NCBI GenBank assembly: GCA_043813305.1
Contig: JBDRLC010000042.1
Span: 666 to 64,665 of the forward strand
Length of the DNA stretch: 64,000 nt
Direction of reading: 5' to 3'
Source: Candidatus Omnitrophota bacterium
GTDB taxonomy: Bacteria > Omnitrophota > Gorgyraeia > Gygaellales > Profunditerraquicolaceae
The notes beneath the pieces are model-generated. The model made no database searches, had not been told where the DNA came from, and worked only from the letters and a program-made list of their open reading frames with translations. Shown in pieces: positions 39,241 through 50,583 of this stretch. Numbering within the stretch: the stretch's first letter is position 1; every line of letters starts with the position of its first letter. The translations under genes and the position numbers were made by a program.

Positions 39241-40023
39241 TTAAATATTCTCCGCAAATAGAGGTTCTGATTTATGAAAGATAATAAAGCCAACCACAAA
39301 TACCAGAATTGAAACTACTGCTGCATAGGAGACCCAGAAGAGATTCGGCATCTGGTGAAGAACCACCGCAGCATTTATCGCCTCTAAGATACTCCCTACA
39401 GGGTTGATTAATAGAAAAATCTCCCATCTTCCAAACATATGCGCATCAAAGAATACCGGGGTAAAAAAGATACCAAACATCAGGATTGTCTCAACGATAT
39501 ACTTCACATCCCGGAAGAAGAGATTTGCACAGGAGAAGATTAGACCCAACCCGGCGGTAAAAAGAATCAAAATCAACAGCAGTAAGGGAACCCACAAAAG
39601 ATAAATACTTACTCCTATTCTGGCAAATATAAGCAGTATAGATAAGGTCGAGGTTGCGATCATAAAATCAAAAAGACAAGCCAGAATTGAGGAGAAGGGG
39701 AGAACTTCCCTTGGGAAGTATATCTTGTTTACCAAATTTACGTTACCGACTAAGCTCTGAACCGAAAACTTAATCGAACTAACAAAGAATGTCCATGGTA
39801 AAACTTTTACTGAGATAGAGATAACTCCCGCAAAATCCATCGGTTTTCCGGAAACCACTGAGATCGCCTTTTTGATAACAATCCCTGCTAAGACTGCAAC
39901 CATAGGCATAAAGATTGCCCAGATAAAACCCATAGCCGCCTGCTTGAATCTTATCTTTATGTTTCTTACCGTAAGCATATACAATAGATCTTTATAACTA
40001 AGCAGGTCTTTGAGTATTGCCAT
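39241..40023 (-). CDS. wzm: Polysaccharide ABC transporter permease
   Basis: IKIRFKQ..G..W, KIYFPRE, FFRD, TPVF, INP; adjacent to wzt. Confidence 0.93.
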   Translation of the reverse strand: MAILKDLLSYKDLLYMLTVRNIKIRFKQAAMGFIWAIFMPMVAVLAGIVIKKAISVVSGKPMDFAGVISISVKVLPWTFFVSSIKFSVQSLVGNVNLVNKIYFPREVLPFSSILACLFDFMIATSTLSILLIFARIGVSIYLLWVPLLLLILILFTAGLGLIFSCANLFFRDVKYIVETILMFGIFFTPVFFDAHMFGRWEIFLLINPVGSILEAINAAVVLHQMPNLFWVSYAAVVSILVFVVGFIIFHKSEPLFAENI

Positions 40024-40025
40024 CT

Positions 40026-41216
40026 TTAAAATAGGTTGTCGTACCAGGTTTTTATTAATCCCATCCCGGTATCAATGTTAATCCTCGGCACATATCCTAA
40101 TTCTTTCTTCGCTTTATTTATTTCATGCCTCTTCTTCGCAGTATAAAATTCGATCTGTTTCTGAGTTGGTAATTCAAACTTTATTGTGCCGGAACTTCCG
40201 CTATCTCCGTTGGTTACAGTTGACGAAGCACCTTCTGTTACCGCAAGCATACTTAATTTTTCCTTGGGAATAAATCTCTTTATCGTTGACTTCACATATT
40301 TTAATAACTCGTATCTACTCAGATCCCTGCGCAAGTTGTAATTGTTTAGTAATGCCTTTACTATGCCCTTAAGATTATAAAGGAGATTCTTCCTCTGCTT
40401 TTTCATCTCCTTGATCTCCTTTATGCTTAAAGAGGGTATACTTTCAACACCGACCATATCCATATAATACTTATAGAATCTCTTCCAGGTAACCGGCTGA
40501 CCGTCAGAAATAATATAGGTTCCTCCATTACTGCGCTCATTTCCTGCCGCCAGGAACATACCGTCAATGAGATTATCCATGTAAACTGTATCACAGAGTC
40601 CCTCTCCGTCTTCTATAAGATATAATGTGTTGTTCCTTAATGCGTTTATGTATTTGGTCGTCCAATTAGCGCTGTAAGGGCCGTAGACTACAGTCGGACG
40701 GATAATTGTAATCGGCAGGTTATGTTTATGAAAATACTCCATAGCCAGCTTTTCTGCCTCAATCTTGCTATCGGTATAAACCTCGCCGTTACTTTTCATC
40801 GGAGAATCTTCACTGAATACAGAGAGATTCTGATTGCCGTAAACAGAGATCGTACTTAAATAAACTATTTTTTTCACGGAATTCTTCAGCGCAGCTTTAC
40901 AGATGTTATCCAATCCCTTTACATTAACCTCTCTCTGCTGTTCGGGAGTGCCTGCGTTTCCGTAAATTGTATAAAGAATAATGTCAATATTCTCCGTGGC
41001 CTTATTTACTTCTTCGCTGTTTAAAATATCGGCTTTAATCAAGTTTACCTTATCGAATCTGGAGATTCTGGCTATCTTATTAAAATTCCTCACCATGGCA
41101 GATATCTGGCTATCCTTGGTCTCGAAATAAAGCCTTTCGATAATTCTACTGCCGATAAAACCCGTTGCTCCGGTGACTAAAATTCTTTTATTCTTAAATT
41201 TGGTCACAAGATCCAT
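40026..41216 (-). CDS. NAD-dependent epimerase/dehydratase
   Basis: TGATGFIG, Y..SK, RPTVVYGP. Confidence 0.9.
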   Translation of the reverse strand: MDLVTKFKNKRILVTGATGFIGSRIIERLYFETKDSQISAMVRNFNKIARISRFDKVNLIKADILNSEEVNKATENIDIILYTIYGNAGTPEQQREVNVKGLDNICKAALKNSVKKIVYLSTISVYGNQNLSVFSEDSPMKSNGEVYTDSKIEAEKLAMEYFHKHNLPITIIRPTVVYGPYSANWTTKYINALRNNTLYLIEDGEGLCDTVYMDNLIDGMFLAAGNERSNGGTYIISDGQPVTWKRFYKYYMDMVGVESIPSLSIKEIKEMKKQRKNLLYNLKGIVKALLNNYNLRRDLSRYELLKYVKSTIKRFIPKEKLSMLAVTEGASSTVTNGDSGSSGTIKFELPTQKQIEFYTAKKRHEINKAKKELGYVPRINIDTGMGLIKTWYDNLF

Positions 41217-41218
41217 CT

Positions 41219-42214
41219 TTAACTTCTCCTTGCCCAGGGCATATCTATCTTTTGAGCGTTCTTATAGCAATCCTCAATCAACAGGACACATCTCCTCGCT
41301 TCTTTAGCGGTAATCAAGGGCTGCTGATTATTTTTGATATAGGAGATAAAATCATCTATCTGCTGCCTGAAATAATAGTTCAGGTTATTATTATCGCCGG
41401 AAGAAGCATCGATATTAATCGCCTGCACTTTACCTAAGCTCAATTTTAAACTGTTGAAGTCCGTAGGAGTAAACTCTAGGGAGCCGCGCTCTCCGGTGAT
41501 CCTGATCATCTTTTCCATGGGGATAAGTCTGGACATCTTTACTAAGCCTTCGGCGCCGCTATGCATCTTAAGCCGTAATTCGCAATTCGCCTCTACCCCT
41601 CCGAAACTATCATCATAATAATCTACCCGCTCATAATCACCTAACCACCAAAGAATCAAATCAAGCACATGCGCCCCTTTGTCGATTAATACGCCTCCTC
41701 CGGCATGCTCCTTATTAAAATAAAACTGGGAAACCGAAGACCAGCCGAAAACTCCGCCTTCTTTAAAGAGGAAACTCTTTATCCGGCCCAGCCAATTATT
41801 ACTGATAATCTCTTTTACTAACTTAGAGGTCTGATAATACCTCCTCACATGGCCGATCATAACCTTGGCCTTGCCTTTTTCTGCGGCAGCAATGATCTCA
41901 TCGCAGTCATTAACTGTATTTGCCATCGGCTTCTCGCAGAGGACATGGATTCCTTTAGCCAGGAAAAACGAGCTAGCCTCTTTATGCAACTTATTAGGTA
42001 AAGCAATGATTACTGCATCAACATCGTCTTTTATCTTTTTAAAATCGTCTTCTCTTGACCCAACACCTAAAAGATCTCCGATTTTATCTGCGGCTTCTTG
42101 GTTCCTGTCCGCTACCACCCTTACTTCTACATCCGGATGCTGCTTTAAGACCGGAACATAACTGCAATCCGTAACCGCTCCGCAACCGACAATCGCTAAT
42201 TTTAGCTTATTCAT
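41219..42214 (-). CDS. Gfo/Idh/MocA oxidoreductase
   Basis: VGCG, LCEKPMA, GGVLIDKGAH. Confidence 0.9.
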   Translation of the reverse strand: MNKLKLAIVGCGAVTDCSYVPVLKQHPDVEVRVVADRNQEAADKIGDLLGVGSREDDFKKIKDDVDAVIIALPNKLHKEASSFFLAKGIHVLCEKPMANTVNDCDEIIAAAEKGKAKVMIGHVRRYYQTSKLVKEIISNNWLGRIKSFLFKEGGVFGWSSVSQFYFNKEHAGGGVLIDKGAHVLDLILWWLGDYERVDYYDDSFGGVEANCELRLKMHSGAEGLVKMSRLIPMEKMIRITGERGSLEFTPTDFNSLKLSLGKVQAINIDASSGDNNNLNYYFRQQIDDFISYIKNNQQPLITAKEARRCVLLIEDCYKNAQKIDMPWARRS

Positions 42215-42220
42215 CTGTGA

Positions 42221-43351
42221 TCACCTTCTGCTGATTACTAATTCCTCAAATAATTGCTCAAAACTCCTGATCATCTTCTCTTCAGTAAAAAAACTTTCCA
42301 CTCTACTTCGACCTCTTTCACCCATTTTCTTGCGCAACTCTTTGTTAAACAATAAGCTAGAGATTGCTTCTACTAAAGCATCTGCGTCTTTCGCCGGAAC
42401 TAAGAACCCGGTTTCCCCCTGCACTACCAGTTCTTTATTTCCTCCTACATCCGTTGCCACCACAGGGTTCGCCGCAGCCATATACTCCAAAATAGAGTTT
42501 GATAGGCCTTCGCTGGTAGAACTTAAAACTGAAATATCTGAAATCGATAATAAGTCAGAGATATCAGAGCGAAAGCCAGTGAAGGTTACATTATCCTTGA
42601 TTCCCAGCTTATCTACATAATCCTTTAAAGTGATTTCATAACCGTTCTTTCCTGCACCAACAAGAAGAAATTGCACAGATTTACCATCCTTGAGGATCTT
42701 GGCTGCTGCATTGAGAAGATACTTATGGCCTTTGACCGGAGCTAAATTTGCCACCATGGTAATTATCTCTCTGGTTGGTTCTAAGTCCATAGACTGCTTA
42801 AGCTTCAATTTCACTGTTTGGTTGTTTTTAACCTCAGTCTTGATTCCGTTATAAATAGTGGCCAATTTATCGGGGCTGACTTTCTCTCTTTGAATTATTA
42901 CCTCCTTCAAGGCGTCGCAAACCGTAATAATCCTGTCGAATAGCCGATTAATAATCCTGTAAGTAAATTTGTGGCGATCCTTTAAATTAAATCCCATATC
43001 GCGCCTGCTTGATATCACCACAGGAACTCCGGCGATTCTCGCTACTATACTGCCCCAGAAATCTGATCCTTCTAAATAAGTTAACATTACCTGCACATTT
43101 TCCTTTTTGATCAATCTAATTAATCTGTTTGCCTTGCGCAAAGCATCAAAACCGTAAACCCTCTTAAGATTGAGAGTTACTGCCAGGATGCCGCTCTTTT
43201 TCAATCCCTCAAATACCTCTCCGCCCTTTAGGCAACAGATAATTACTTTAAATTTCTCAGGATCCAGGCCATAAACCAGCTGGGTAAGGTTCTTCTCCGC
43301 TCCCCCCTTTTCCCTAAGCACATCAATTAAAAAAAGCACGGTATTTTTCAT
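42221..43351 (-). CDS. Glycosyltransferase family 4
   Basis: GGAEK, VANLAPVKG, EGLSNSILEYMA. Confidence 0.92.
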   Translation of the reverse strand: MKNTVLFLIDVLREKGGAEKNLTQLVYGLDPEKFKVIICCLKGGEVFEGLKKSGILAVTLNLKRVYGFDALRKANRLIRLIKKENVQVMLTYLEGSDFWGSIVARIAGVPVVISSRRDMGFNLKDRHKFTYRIINRLFDRIITVCDALKEVIIQREKVSPDKLATIYNGIKTEVKNNQTVKLKLKQSMDLEPTREIITMVANLAPVKGHKYLLNAAAKILKDGKSVQFLLVGAGKNGYEITLKDYVDKLGIKDNVTFTGFRSDISDLLSISDISVLSSTSEGLSNSILEYMAAANPVVATDVGGNKELVVQGETGFLVPAKDADALVEAISSLLFNKELRKKMGERGRSRVESFFTEEKMIRSFEQLFEELVISRR

Positions 43352-44904
43352 CTTCGAATCAGTACCAGCCCATCCTTTTCCGCTACGGTACTGCCTAATT
43401 TCTTTATATCGGCAAAAATATCTTCTTCAACATATCGGGGGTTTAAAAGAATAAAAGAAACATTGTATTTTTCCAGCAATTCCTCTCTTTCCTTTTTTGT
43501 GGTATCCTTCTCAAAGAAGCGTATATTATCGCGCTTCCTCTCGTAACGATCTTTGATTAAAGGATTACCCTTAAGGAAAGAGACAACCTTTCCGGAAAAA
43601 GTAGGTAATACCCATGAGGTTTTCAGATCAGAGATAACCACGTCGTATGTGCCGATTTCGTTCTCAAAATATGAAAATTTATTAACTACATCCTCCCAAT
43701 CAGGCTTATGGAAAATTACTTTTTTATCCTTTAATGTTACAAAATGCCGAAAGTAATCTCTCCTGGCTAAGTTTAAGTTATAGGTCAACGCACAAACAAA
43801 AAGCCCTATAAATACTAATTTAAGCAAATTCGAATCTGTTTTGCAGGATAACGCTCCCTTTATTGTTGAACTGGAGAAAAGTTCCCATTCCCTGAATTTA
43901 TAAGCAATCGCTAAATGTAAATAAAAAACCCAAAAAAACAAAAAGCGGTGACCCAAGACTACCGGATAAAAATAAGATAAAATATAAAGAGCAAAGAAAG
44001 ATAAAAACCCCAAAATAATAAGCATGTTTTTTCTCTTCACGATATATTCCCAGATGAAAAGAATTCCCAAGAGCATAGGCCCCAAGCGATACATTACTGT
44101 TCTCGTGTAAAACAACGAACGAGGGCTAAAGCCCTTCTCAGCAAGCTTGGAAGGACGGACAGAGAAAAATAAATCGTACATAGAGAAATAGGGCCAAAAA
44201 AAAGTAAAAAGCATAGATATAAATGGCAGTGTTGCGACTAAAATTCTCTCTTTAAATTTTGCCTGCTTTTCAATCATTGCCAATATTATGACGGTTACAA
44301 ATAAAAGAGAGCCTGTTAATGGATGAGATTGGAATGTTAAAAAACTGAGTATAAAAGAGACAGAATAATATTTGATTTTATGTATCCTGAGATATCTGAC
44401 GATAAAATAAGAGCACCAGAAAAAACATGAAAATGCAAAGAACGACGGATAGACCAAGTGCGCAATCAGGGAATTAAACTGATATGAGTTACTCCAGAAA
44501 AAACTTCTTCCCCAAAAGAAAAGCATTGTCACGAGCATATACAGAGGTAGTCTTTCGTCCTTGAAGTATTCTTTGATAAAATAATATAATCCTGTCAAGA
44601 ATAATAGAATATTAACAATACTTGCCAGTGCAAATGTCGTAAAAACATTCAATTTGAGTGCATTTTTTACAAGCGACCAAAACAATAACCAAATTGTATA
44701 TCTGGGGGAAGGGTCCAATGAATTTATATGCGGGTTTTGTGGCATCATCGGATGGATAGACAGTTCCTTTAAACTGGCTGAATGTTCCCAATAATCCTCG
44801 ACAAATAAATGGTAAGGATAATTAAAGGATGCGAAAATGAAAAAAATCATTATCGCAACTGCGAAAAACCAATATTGTGAAAATACTAATTTAGTATCTG
44901 CCAT
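43348..44904 (-). CDS. Polytopic membrane protein, GT-C-like
   Basis: About 11-12 TMs, acidic EDYWEH after TM1, soluble C-terminal domain ...LLEKYNVSFILL. Confidence 0.6.
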   Translation of the reverse strand: MADTKLVFSQYWFFAVAIMIFFIFASFNYPYHLFVEDYWEHSASLKELSIHPMMPQNPHINSLDPSPRYTIWLLFWSLVKNALKLNVFTTFALASIVNILLFLTGLYYFIKEYFKDERLPLYMLVTMLFFWGRSFFWSNSYQFNSLIAHLVYPSFFAFSCFFWCSYFIVRYLRIHKIKYYSVSFILSFLTFQSHPLTGSLLFVTVIILAMIEKQAKFKERILVATLPFISMLFTFFWPYFSMYDLFFSVRPSKLAEKGFSPRSLFYTRTVMYRLGPMLLGILFIWEYIVKRKNMLIILGFLSFFALYILSYFYPVVLGHRFLFFWVFYLHLAIAYKFREWELFSSSTIKGALSCKTDSNLLKLVFIGLFVCALTYNLNLARRDYFRHFVTLKDKKVIFHKPDWEDVVNKFSYFENEIGTYDVVISDLKTSWVLPTFSGKVVSFLKGNPLIKDRYERKRDNIRFFEKDTTKKEREELLEKYNVSFILLNPRYVEEDIFADIKKLGSTVAEKDGLVLIRR

Positions 44905-46028
44905 TATTGAAACTGCTCCTGTAAAATATCCTTTAATTGGCTGCCCAAAACCCTAAGGGAAAAGTTGTTTTGATATAATTCATAGCCATTTTTTGCAATC
45001 TTTGTTCGCAGATTCACATCCTGCTTAAGTTGCCGAATTGCCTTTGCCAGAGGAAGGTATTGACCCATGGCGCATAATAAGCTATTTTCTCTATCAATCA
45101 GCAGCTCTCTTGACGCAGGAGAATCTCCAGTAACCACAGGTTTTCTCATCGCCATGCATTCATATACCTTGTTAGGAATTACCCGCTTTGCCTTTGCCGT
45201 ATTACCGAAGATTCCCAAACAGATATCCGCCCTTCTTATCTCCTCAGCTAACTCTACCGGAGGCATAAAATCAACAAATTCGATATTTTTTACCTTTAAC
45301 TCTTCGGCCAATTTAACTATAGAATCATATTCGTCACCAGAGCCGATTATTTTGAAATAAACCTCTTCTTCTTCAAGCTCCTTTGCCGCTTGGATAATAT
45401 AAGGTAACCCGTGTAAGGGGATATATTTTCCATGGAAAAGTACGGTAAATGGCCTTGAATCACTAGCTACCTGACAAGGCCTAAATATGGAGTCATCGGC
45501 ACCGATAAAAATGCGTTTAAACTTCTCTCTAGGCAAATTATACTCAGTACAAAAATAATCAATGTGCGCATTAGTATCCAAAATAACCAAATCTGCCAAT
45601 TTGCAGGCGTACTTATCTACCCACCGTAAGATCCTCGACTTAAAGGTCCCCTTTTTCACAACCTTCCTATCCAACACTAAAGAATCATATAGCGAAAGAA
45701 AGGCATCAAAGACCAGAGGAATATTCTTGATCTTACTTAAGGCCTTGGCGATAAAAACATCAAAATGACCGCTGTAGCCTACAATCATAAAATCAGATCG
45801 GGAGGAAAACAAAAATTTCCAGGATAATTTTGTGTAGACCCAGCTCATTCTCAATAATAAGGATATATCTAACCAACGACTAGAAGCCCTGGCCACCTTC
45901 TCTTTGGTATTTAGCCAGATCTGACTGTGGCACTCTGTGACCTCAACGCCGTTGTTGGTCAATCCCAAGATGATGATTCTATTGCGCGGATAATCCTTAT
46001 CATATGTTCCCCAATAGCATACTTTCAT
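44904..46028 (-). CDS. Glycosyltransferase family 4
   Basis: YPRN, FHGKYIPLHG, IPNKVYECMA. Confidence 0.88.
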   Translation of the reverse strand: MKVCYWGTYDKDYPRNRIIILGLTNNGVEVTECHSQIWLNTKEKVARASSRWLDISLLLRMSWVYTKLSWKFLFSSRSDFMIVGYSGHFDVFIAKALSKIKNIPLVFDAFLSLYDSLVLDRKVVKKGTFKSRILRWVDKYACKLADLVILDTNAHIDYFCTEYNLPREKFKRIFIGADDSIFRPCQVASDSRPFTVLFHGKYIPLHGLPYIIQAAKELEEEEVYFKIIGSGDEYDSIVKLAEELKVKNIEFVDFMPPVELAEEIRRADICLGIFGNTAKAKRVIPNKVYECMAMRKPVVTGDSPASRELLIDRENSLLCAMGQYLPLAKAIRQLKQDVNLRTKIAKNGYELYQNNFSLRVLGSQLKDILQEQFQ

Positions 46029-47470
46029 CTCTGCCTCCTGAATGAATTCACGCAGAGATAACCTTGTATTTTCTTTAGGTCATCTTTTCTGATTTCTCTG
46101 GAAACGTATAAAAGTAGAAAATAAACCACGTATAATATTGAATACTTTAAGAGTAGTAAAGGTCCTGCTGTATAGAAGACTCTACAGAGCAAAGATATGA
46201 TCAAAGAAGCTACCACGACCTTCAAAAATGATGGCAGTGCAATCAGGGTGCCAAACCTCCTAAAAACGAAGATTGCACTGAAGCAGCAACCGAGTAGCAT
46301 CGTCAGAGTCGTAGCAATCGCTGCCCCTTGTGTACCGTATAGCGGGATTAACTTCCAATTTAATATTAAATCTATAGGAACCAAAAGGATGCTAATTAGC
46401 AAAACCTTTTTTAACTCATTGTTTGCTACTAATATGGTGTTCAGGGTAAGAAAGCAACAGAGAAATCCTGCGCCGAAAATTAAAATACTCAAAATCGACC
46501 CGGCTGCAAGATATGTCGAAGAATAGACTAAAGAGATCAATTCCCCGGAAGTAGCTGTGATTAGCATGATACCTGGTATTAATAAGATCAAAAGGAAACG
46601 TAAGGCTTGATTAATATACCTCTTGGTTGATTCTCTATCCCCCTGACTTATTGAATTCGACAAACAGGGCAGTAAAGTAATAGTCAAAGAGTAAAATACA
46701 AAGTAAGGAACTCTTGCAAAAGATGTCGCTGAGGCATAAAAACCTGACTGTGCTGGTTCTTGAATCAAGGCTTTTACCAATAATAGATCAAGGCACATTA
46801 GAAAATGATAGACAAAACAATAGAGGGTATAGGGAGTTGCGAATTTGACTACCTTCTTCCAATCGTATTTAGCCGCCTTCTGCTTAATTCCCACAAGATA
46901 CTTAGCTACAAATAATGCAACAATTGAAGCAATGATATTTCCAATCAAGGCCCCATTTAATGAAAATCCCATTAAAACAAGTAGAAGAATGGACCCAATC
47001 CTACTAATTCCGTAGACTGCAATTGCTATGGCGTTCCTGACAAAATGGCGCAATCCTCCTAACGTATTATGAAAGAGCATATAATAGGCCATAAACGGTA
47101 CATCTACTGCTGCCAATCTAAGATAAAAAGTAAGTCGTTTATCATTTAATAGAGACGCGATCAATGGCGCAGTAACAAAAATTATCAAACATATTGCGAC
47201 TGTAAGAATCATCTCCATTCTTATAGCTACATTCATTATACTAGATGCATGCTCTTCATTCTCAGCAATGAACTTTTTAACAGTAGCAGGAATTCCTGAA
47301 TTAGCGAGAATTTCGAACCAGACTAAAATAGAAATTATAACTGCGAACATGCCATACAGCTCAGGTCCCCACAATCGTGCTAACCCGATGTGTATTCCCC
47401 AATTACAGGATACGAGTATGATCTGGGCAAGGCCAATGGCAATAATTCCTCTTCCGATTCTCTGATCCAT
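46025..47470 (-). CDS. wzx: Wzx-type flippase
   Basis: LARLWGPELYG, many TMs, LIPLYGTQGAAIAT; start taken at ATG 47470. Confidence 0.88.
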   Translation of the reverse strand: MDQRIGRGIIAIGLAQIILVSCNWGIHIGLARLWGPELYGMFAVIISILVWFEILANSGIPATVKKFIAENEEHASSIMNVAIRMEMILTVAICLIIFVTAPLIASLLNDKRLTFYLRLAAVDVPFMAYYMLFHNTLGGLRHFVRNAIAIAVYGISRIGSILLLVLMGFSLNGALIGNIIASIVALFVAKYLVGIKQKAAKYDWKKVVKFATPYTLYCFVYHFLMCLDLLLVKALIQEPAQSGFYASATSFARVPYFVFYSLTITLLPCLSNSISQGDRESTKRYINQALRFLLILLIPGIMLITATSGELISLVYSSTYLAAGSILSILIFGAGFLCCFLTLNTILVANNELKKVLLISILLVPIDLILNWKLIPLYGTQGAAIATTLTMLLGCCFSAIFVFRRFGTLIALPSFLKVVVASLIISLLCRVFYTAGPLLLLKYSILYVVYFLLLYVSREIRKDDLKKIQGYLCVNSFRRQR

Positions 47471-47477
47471 TTTAAGC

Positions 47478-48242
47478 TTACCCCTTCTCCCTCTTGCCGA
47501 TAACTTTTGCTGGTACACCGGCTGCAATACTGTAGGCAGGAATATCCTTAGTTACCACTGCCCCGGCACCCACTACACATCCGTCTCCTATTGTCACGCC
47601 TGGCACAACAACAACGTGAGCCCCCAACCATACATCGCTGCCAATTTTAATTCTTTCATGTGATTTCCCTTGCAGCGCGATAAATCTTGAAGCGTCTTTA
47701 TATTTATGATTCACAGAGATCAATGCACAATGACTAGCTATCTGAGAGTATTTTCCAATCTCAATTCCGCCGCTACCATCAAACCAGGAGAACTGACCGA
47801 TGCATACGTTATCACCGATTACGATATCCTTAGGTCCTGCCTTTAAAACACAATACCGGGGCAGATGTACGTCATTGTCTATTTTAATCATACTTGCTTT
47901 GCCGTCTTTTTCCCTAACACCGGCATCTAGTGTGCTGCCCTCGCCGATTGATACCCGATCACCTAAAAAAATCCTTTGCGGGGCATTTAGCCGGATATTT
48001 TTTTCGATAAAACAAGTTGAACCGATCTTCCCCAGGATAAATTTATAAGCAACCTGCCGCAATATTACTCCGAAGACAGTAGGAAGAGCAGAAAAGAATA
48101 ATAGGATTAACCCTCTCCAAAGGAATCTTAAGACAGATTTCTCCCCTGTCTGTCTTTGAACATATTTCCAGAAATTATCCCGAATATCTCCTTTTGTGAT
48201 ACTCAACAGCTCATCGCGTATTTCTAAACTTGCTTTTTCCAT
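47478..48242 (-). CDS. Hexapeptide-repeat O-acetyltransferase
   Basis: [10 protein letters not shown]...[18 protein letters not shown]...GVPA. Confidence 0.9.
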   Translation of the reverse strand: MEKASLEIRDELLSITKGDIRDNFWKYVQRQTGEKSVLRFLWRGLILLFFSALPTVFGVILRQVAYKFILGKIGSTCFIEKNIRLNAPQRIFLGDRVSIGEGSTLDAGVREKDGKASMIKIDNDVHLPRYCVLKAGPKDIVIGDNVCIGQFSWFDGSGGIEIGKYSQIASHCALISVNHKYKDASRFIALQGKSHERIKIGSDVWLGAHVVVVPGVTIGDGCVVGAGAVVTKDIPAYSIAAGVPAKVIGKREKG

Positions 48243-48243
48243 A

Positions 48244-49386
48244 TTAACCCTTCCCTAGAGGAATTTCTGACTTTCGTTTCTGCCTAGAGAGAAGAAACTT
48301 GAAATATCCGAACAAATCCTTTACAATTGCAGTCTCGACAAAGCAGCTGGATACACAGTTGTAGCATTTACTCTTGAGCAACTGGCCACGTTTGATCAGA
48401 TTACCAGGTCGATGATATAGTTCCCAAGCGCTACTCTCAAGGCAGTTCCCAATTTTATCTGCTAACAAACAGTAAGAGAGTTCGCCGTAAGGGTCAAGCA
48501 TAAACCCGTCTAGCAAAAAAACACAGGGAAGACTTCTAGCTTCCCCTTTACCTAAAATATTAATCAGATCGGAGTAATAATAAGCTGAAAAATTTAGTAA
48601 CGACTTTTCTTCCGACATTCTCTTAATAAAGGAAAGCATAAACTCTCTGTTTTTGCCTTTGAATTGTAAATCATCTTCCAATGCTTTATTGTCATAGAAT
48701 TGATCGGTAGAACAAGCAACAATAAATTTCGTATAAACACCTAACTTCTCTGCCCACTGCCGCAGATTTGCGGCATCGTAAAGATTCTCAGGTGTCAGTG
48801 TACAATTGATGCCGTATCTTAAATTGGAGTTTTTTTGAATATCTTTAATCTTTGCTATACTCTGGTTAACCTTATCAAATGCCCCGGGAATATTCCTGAT
48901 GTAATTGTGCGTTGCAGCCATGCCATCTAATGAGATACCGACAAAAAAATCTAGCCCTTTACCAGAACAAATCCTAGTTATCTTGCTGCATTTTTCCTGA
49001 ATTTGTAAAGGATTAAGGCCGTTCGTGGTAATTATAATTTTCATTAACTTTGGCATTTTCTTTACAGCCAATTCGATGATTTCAGGTAGATCTTCCCTCA
49101 AGGTCGGTTCTCCGCCGGTTAAGCTAATGATTTCGAGCGACTGAAATAGTTTATCAGAAAATACTTTATTTATCTGATCTAGAGGCATCTCCGGCTGTGT
49201 TTTTTTCTTCCATATATTGCACATCCTACAACGAGAATTGCATTTATACGTCACCGCAAAGAGTAGGTGCTTAGGGCCCAAGGTTCTAAAACTACTTTCA
49301 ATATGATAGTCATAGAACCCTCTTAAATAGGTTAATTGATGTTTTAATAACATACGAGCCGATAATCTACGGGAAAGATCCTTCAT
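48244..49386 (-). CDS. Radical SAM protein with SPASM/twitch-like C-terminus
   Basis: [21 protein letters not shown]; C-terminal Cys cluster C...C...CYNCVSSC. Confidence 0.9.
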   Translation of the reverse strand: MKDLSRRLSARMLLKHQLTYLRGFYDYHIESSFRTLGPKHLLFAVTYKCNSRCRMCNIWKKKTQPEMPLDQINKVFSDKLFQSLEIISLTGGEPTLREDLPEIIELAVKKMPKLMKIIITTNGLNPLQIQEKCSKITRICSGKGLDFFVGISLDGMAATHNYIRNIPGAFDKVNQSIAKIKDIQKNSNLRYGINCTLTPENLYDAANLRQWAEKLGVYTKFIVACSTDQFYDNKALEDDLQFKGKNREFMLSFIKRMSEEKSLLNFSAYYYSDLINILGKGEARSLPCVFLLDGFMLDPYGELSYCLLADKIGNCLESSAWELYHRPGNLIKRGQLLKSKCYNCVSSCFVETAIVKDLFGYFKFLLSRQKRKSEIPLGKG

Positions 49387-49389
49387 AAT

Positions 49390-50574
49390 TTATATACCAC
49401 CTGAATGCGCAAAAGTTAGCCGGGAGTAAAGCTTCTCGAATCTCTCGCTCAGCTTCTGGGAAGAGTATTGATTCTCCATCTTCTCACGAGCCTTACGGCC
49501 TAGAGAATCACGCAATGCTGAATTTCCAATTAAATTCCTTATATGCTTAATAAACAGATCATCTACTCCGGGCGTAATCATCATTTCTTTCTGATCAACA
49601 AAATCCAGCCCCTCTACCCCCTTAGCTGTAGTTACAATCGGCCGGGAACAGGCGGCTGACTCGAGAATCTTAACTCGAATACCTGAGCCTAAATCTAAGG
49701 GAACTAAGATTATGTCTGAAGCAGAGATGGCATCTAAATAAGGCTGACCATGAAGATAACCTGTAAAAATCATCTTCTCCTTTTTATACTTTAAAACGTA
49801 TTGAGCATTGCGACCAACTATGAGGAATTTAGTATCGGGGTAATCTTTTATAATCGCTGGATAAATAACCTCGGAGATCTTCCTTACTGCCTCAATATTG
49901 GGAACTGTTTCAAAGGTGCCCATAAAACTTAAAATTATCTCCTTATCCTGCACTCCATATCGTTCTCTGAATGCCGAGCGCCCCTCTGGGGTGAATTTAA
50001 ATTTATTTAAATCTTGGCAGGGAGGGATCACCTCTATCTTCTCCTCAGGGATACCTAGTAACTCTACATGCTGTCTTTTGTCAACTTCTGACAACGTCAC
50101 AACTCTATCAGCCAGCCTGCAAGCGAACCTCTCTATCTGCTTTAGAGGAAGAGTGATATACCATTTTCTTCCCATATCTCTAAATTTGGAGTACTCACAA
50201 TTATGGTTATAAAAAACCAGCGGTTTCTTGAATTTCATCTTCATCAGAATCCCTGCGAATACTGAATATATGGTCTCGCACTGAATTAGATCACAATGAG
50301 AATCTCTCATCATCCGTTCAGCTGCTTTGAAATACAGGGGATTGAAGAGGAGTGAAGGCATTTTCAGGCGATCTAATATTGACCGTGGACAATATTCCAC
50401 AGAGATGCCTTCCTGGGCAGGACTGCCGTTTGTGTTCTGCGAATGAATACGAGTCAGCAAAAGGTGTATACGGTTATCACTGGAGATGCATTTTAGAAGA
50501 TCGTAAACTAACCTCCCTGATCCGTGAAAGGGTGGAAATATATCGAACGGAACTAAAAGTAATATTTTTCTCAT
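49390..50574 (-). CDS. Glycosyltransferase family 4
   Basis: PP.HG, HNCE, GSGIRVKILE. Confidence 0.88.
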   Translation of the reverse strand: MRKILLLVPFDIFPPFHGSGRLVYDLLKCISSDNRIHLLLTRIHSQNTNGSPAQEGISVEYCPRSILDRLKMPSLLFNPLYFKAAERMMRDSHCDLIQCETIYSVFAGILMKMKFKKPLVFYNHNCEYSKFRDMGRKWYITLPLKQIERFACRLADRVVTLSEVDKRQHVELLGIPEEKIEVIPPCQDLNKFKFTPEGRSAFRERYGVQDKEIILSFMGTFETVPNIEAVRKISEVIYPAIIKDYPDTKFLIVGRNAQYVLKYKKEKMIFTGYLHGQPYLDAISASDIILVPLDLGSGIRVKILESAACSRPIVTTAKGVEGLDFVDQKEMMITPGVDDLFIKHIRNLIGNSALRDSLGRKAREKMENQYSSQKLSERFEKLYSRLTFAHSGGI

Positions 50575-50583
50575 ATCCTATCA

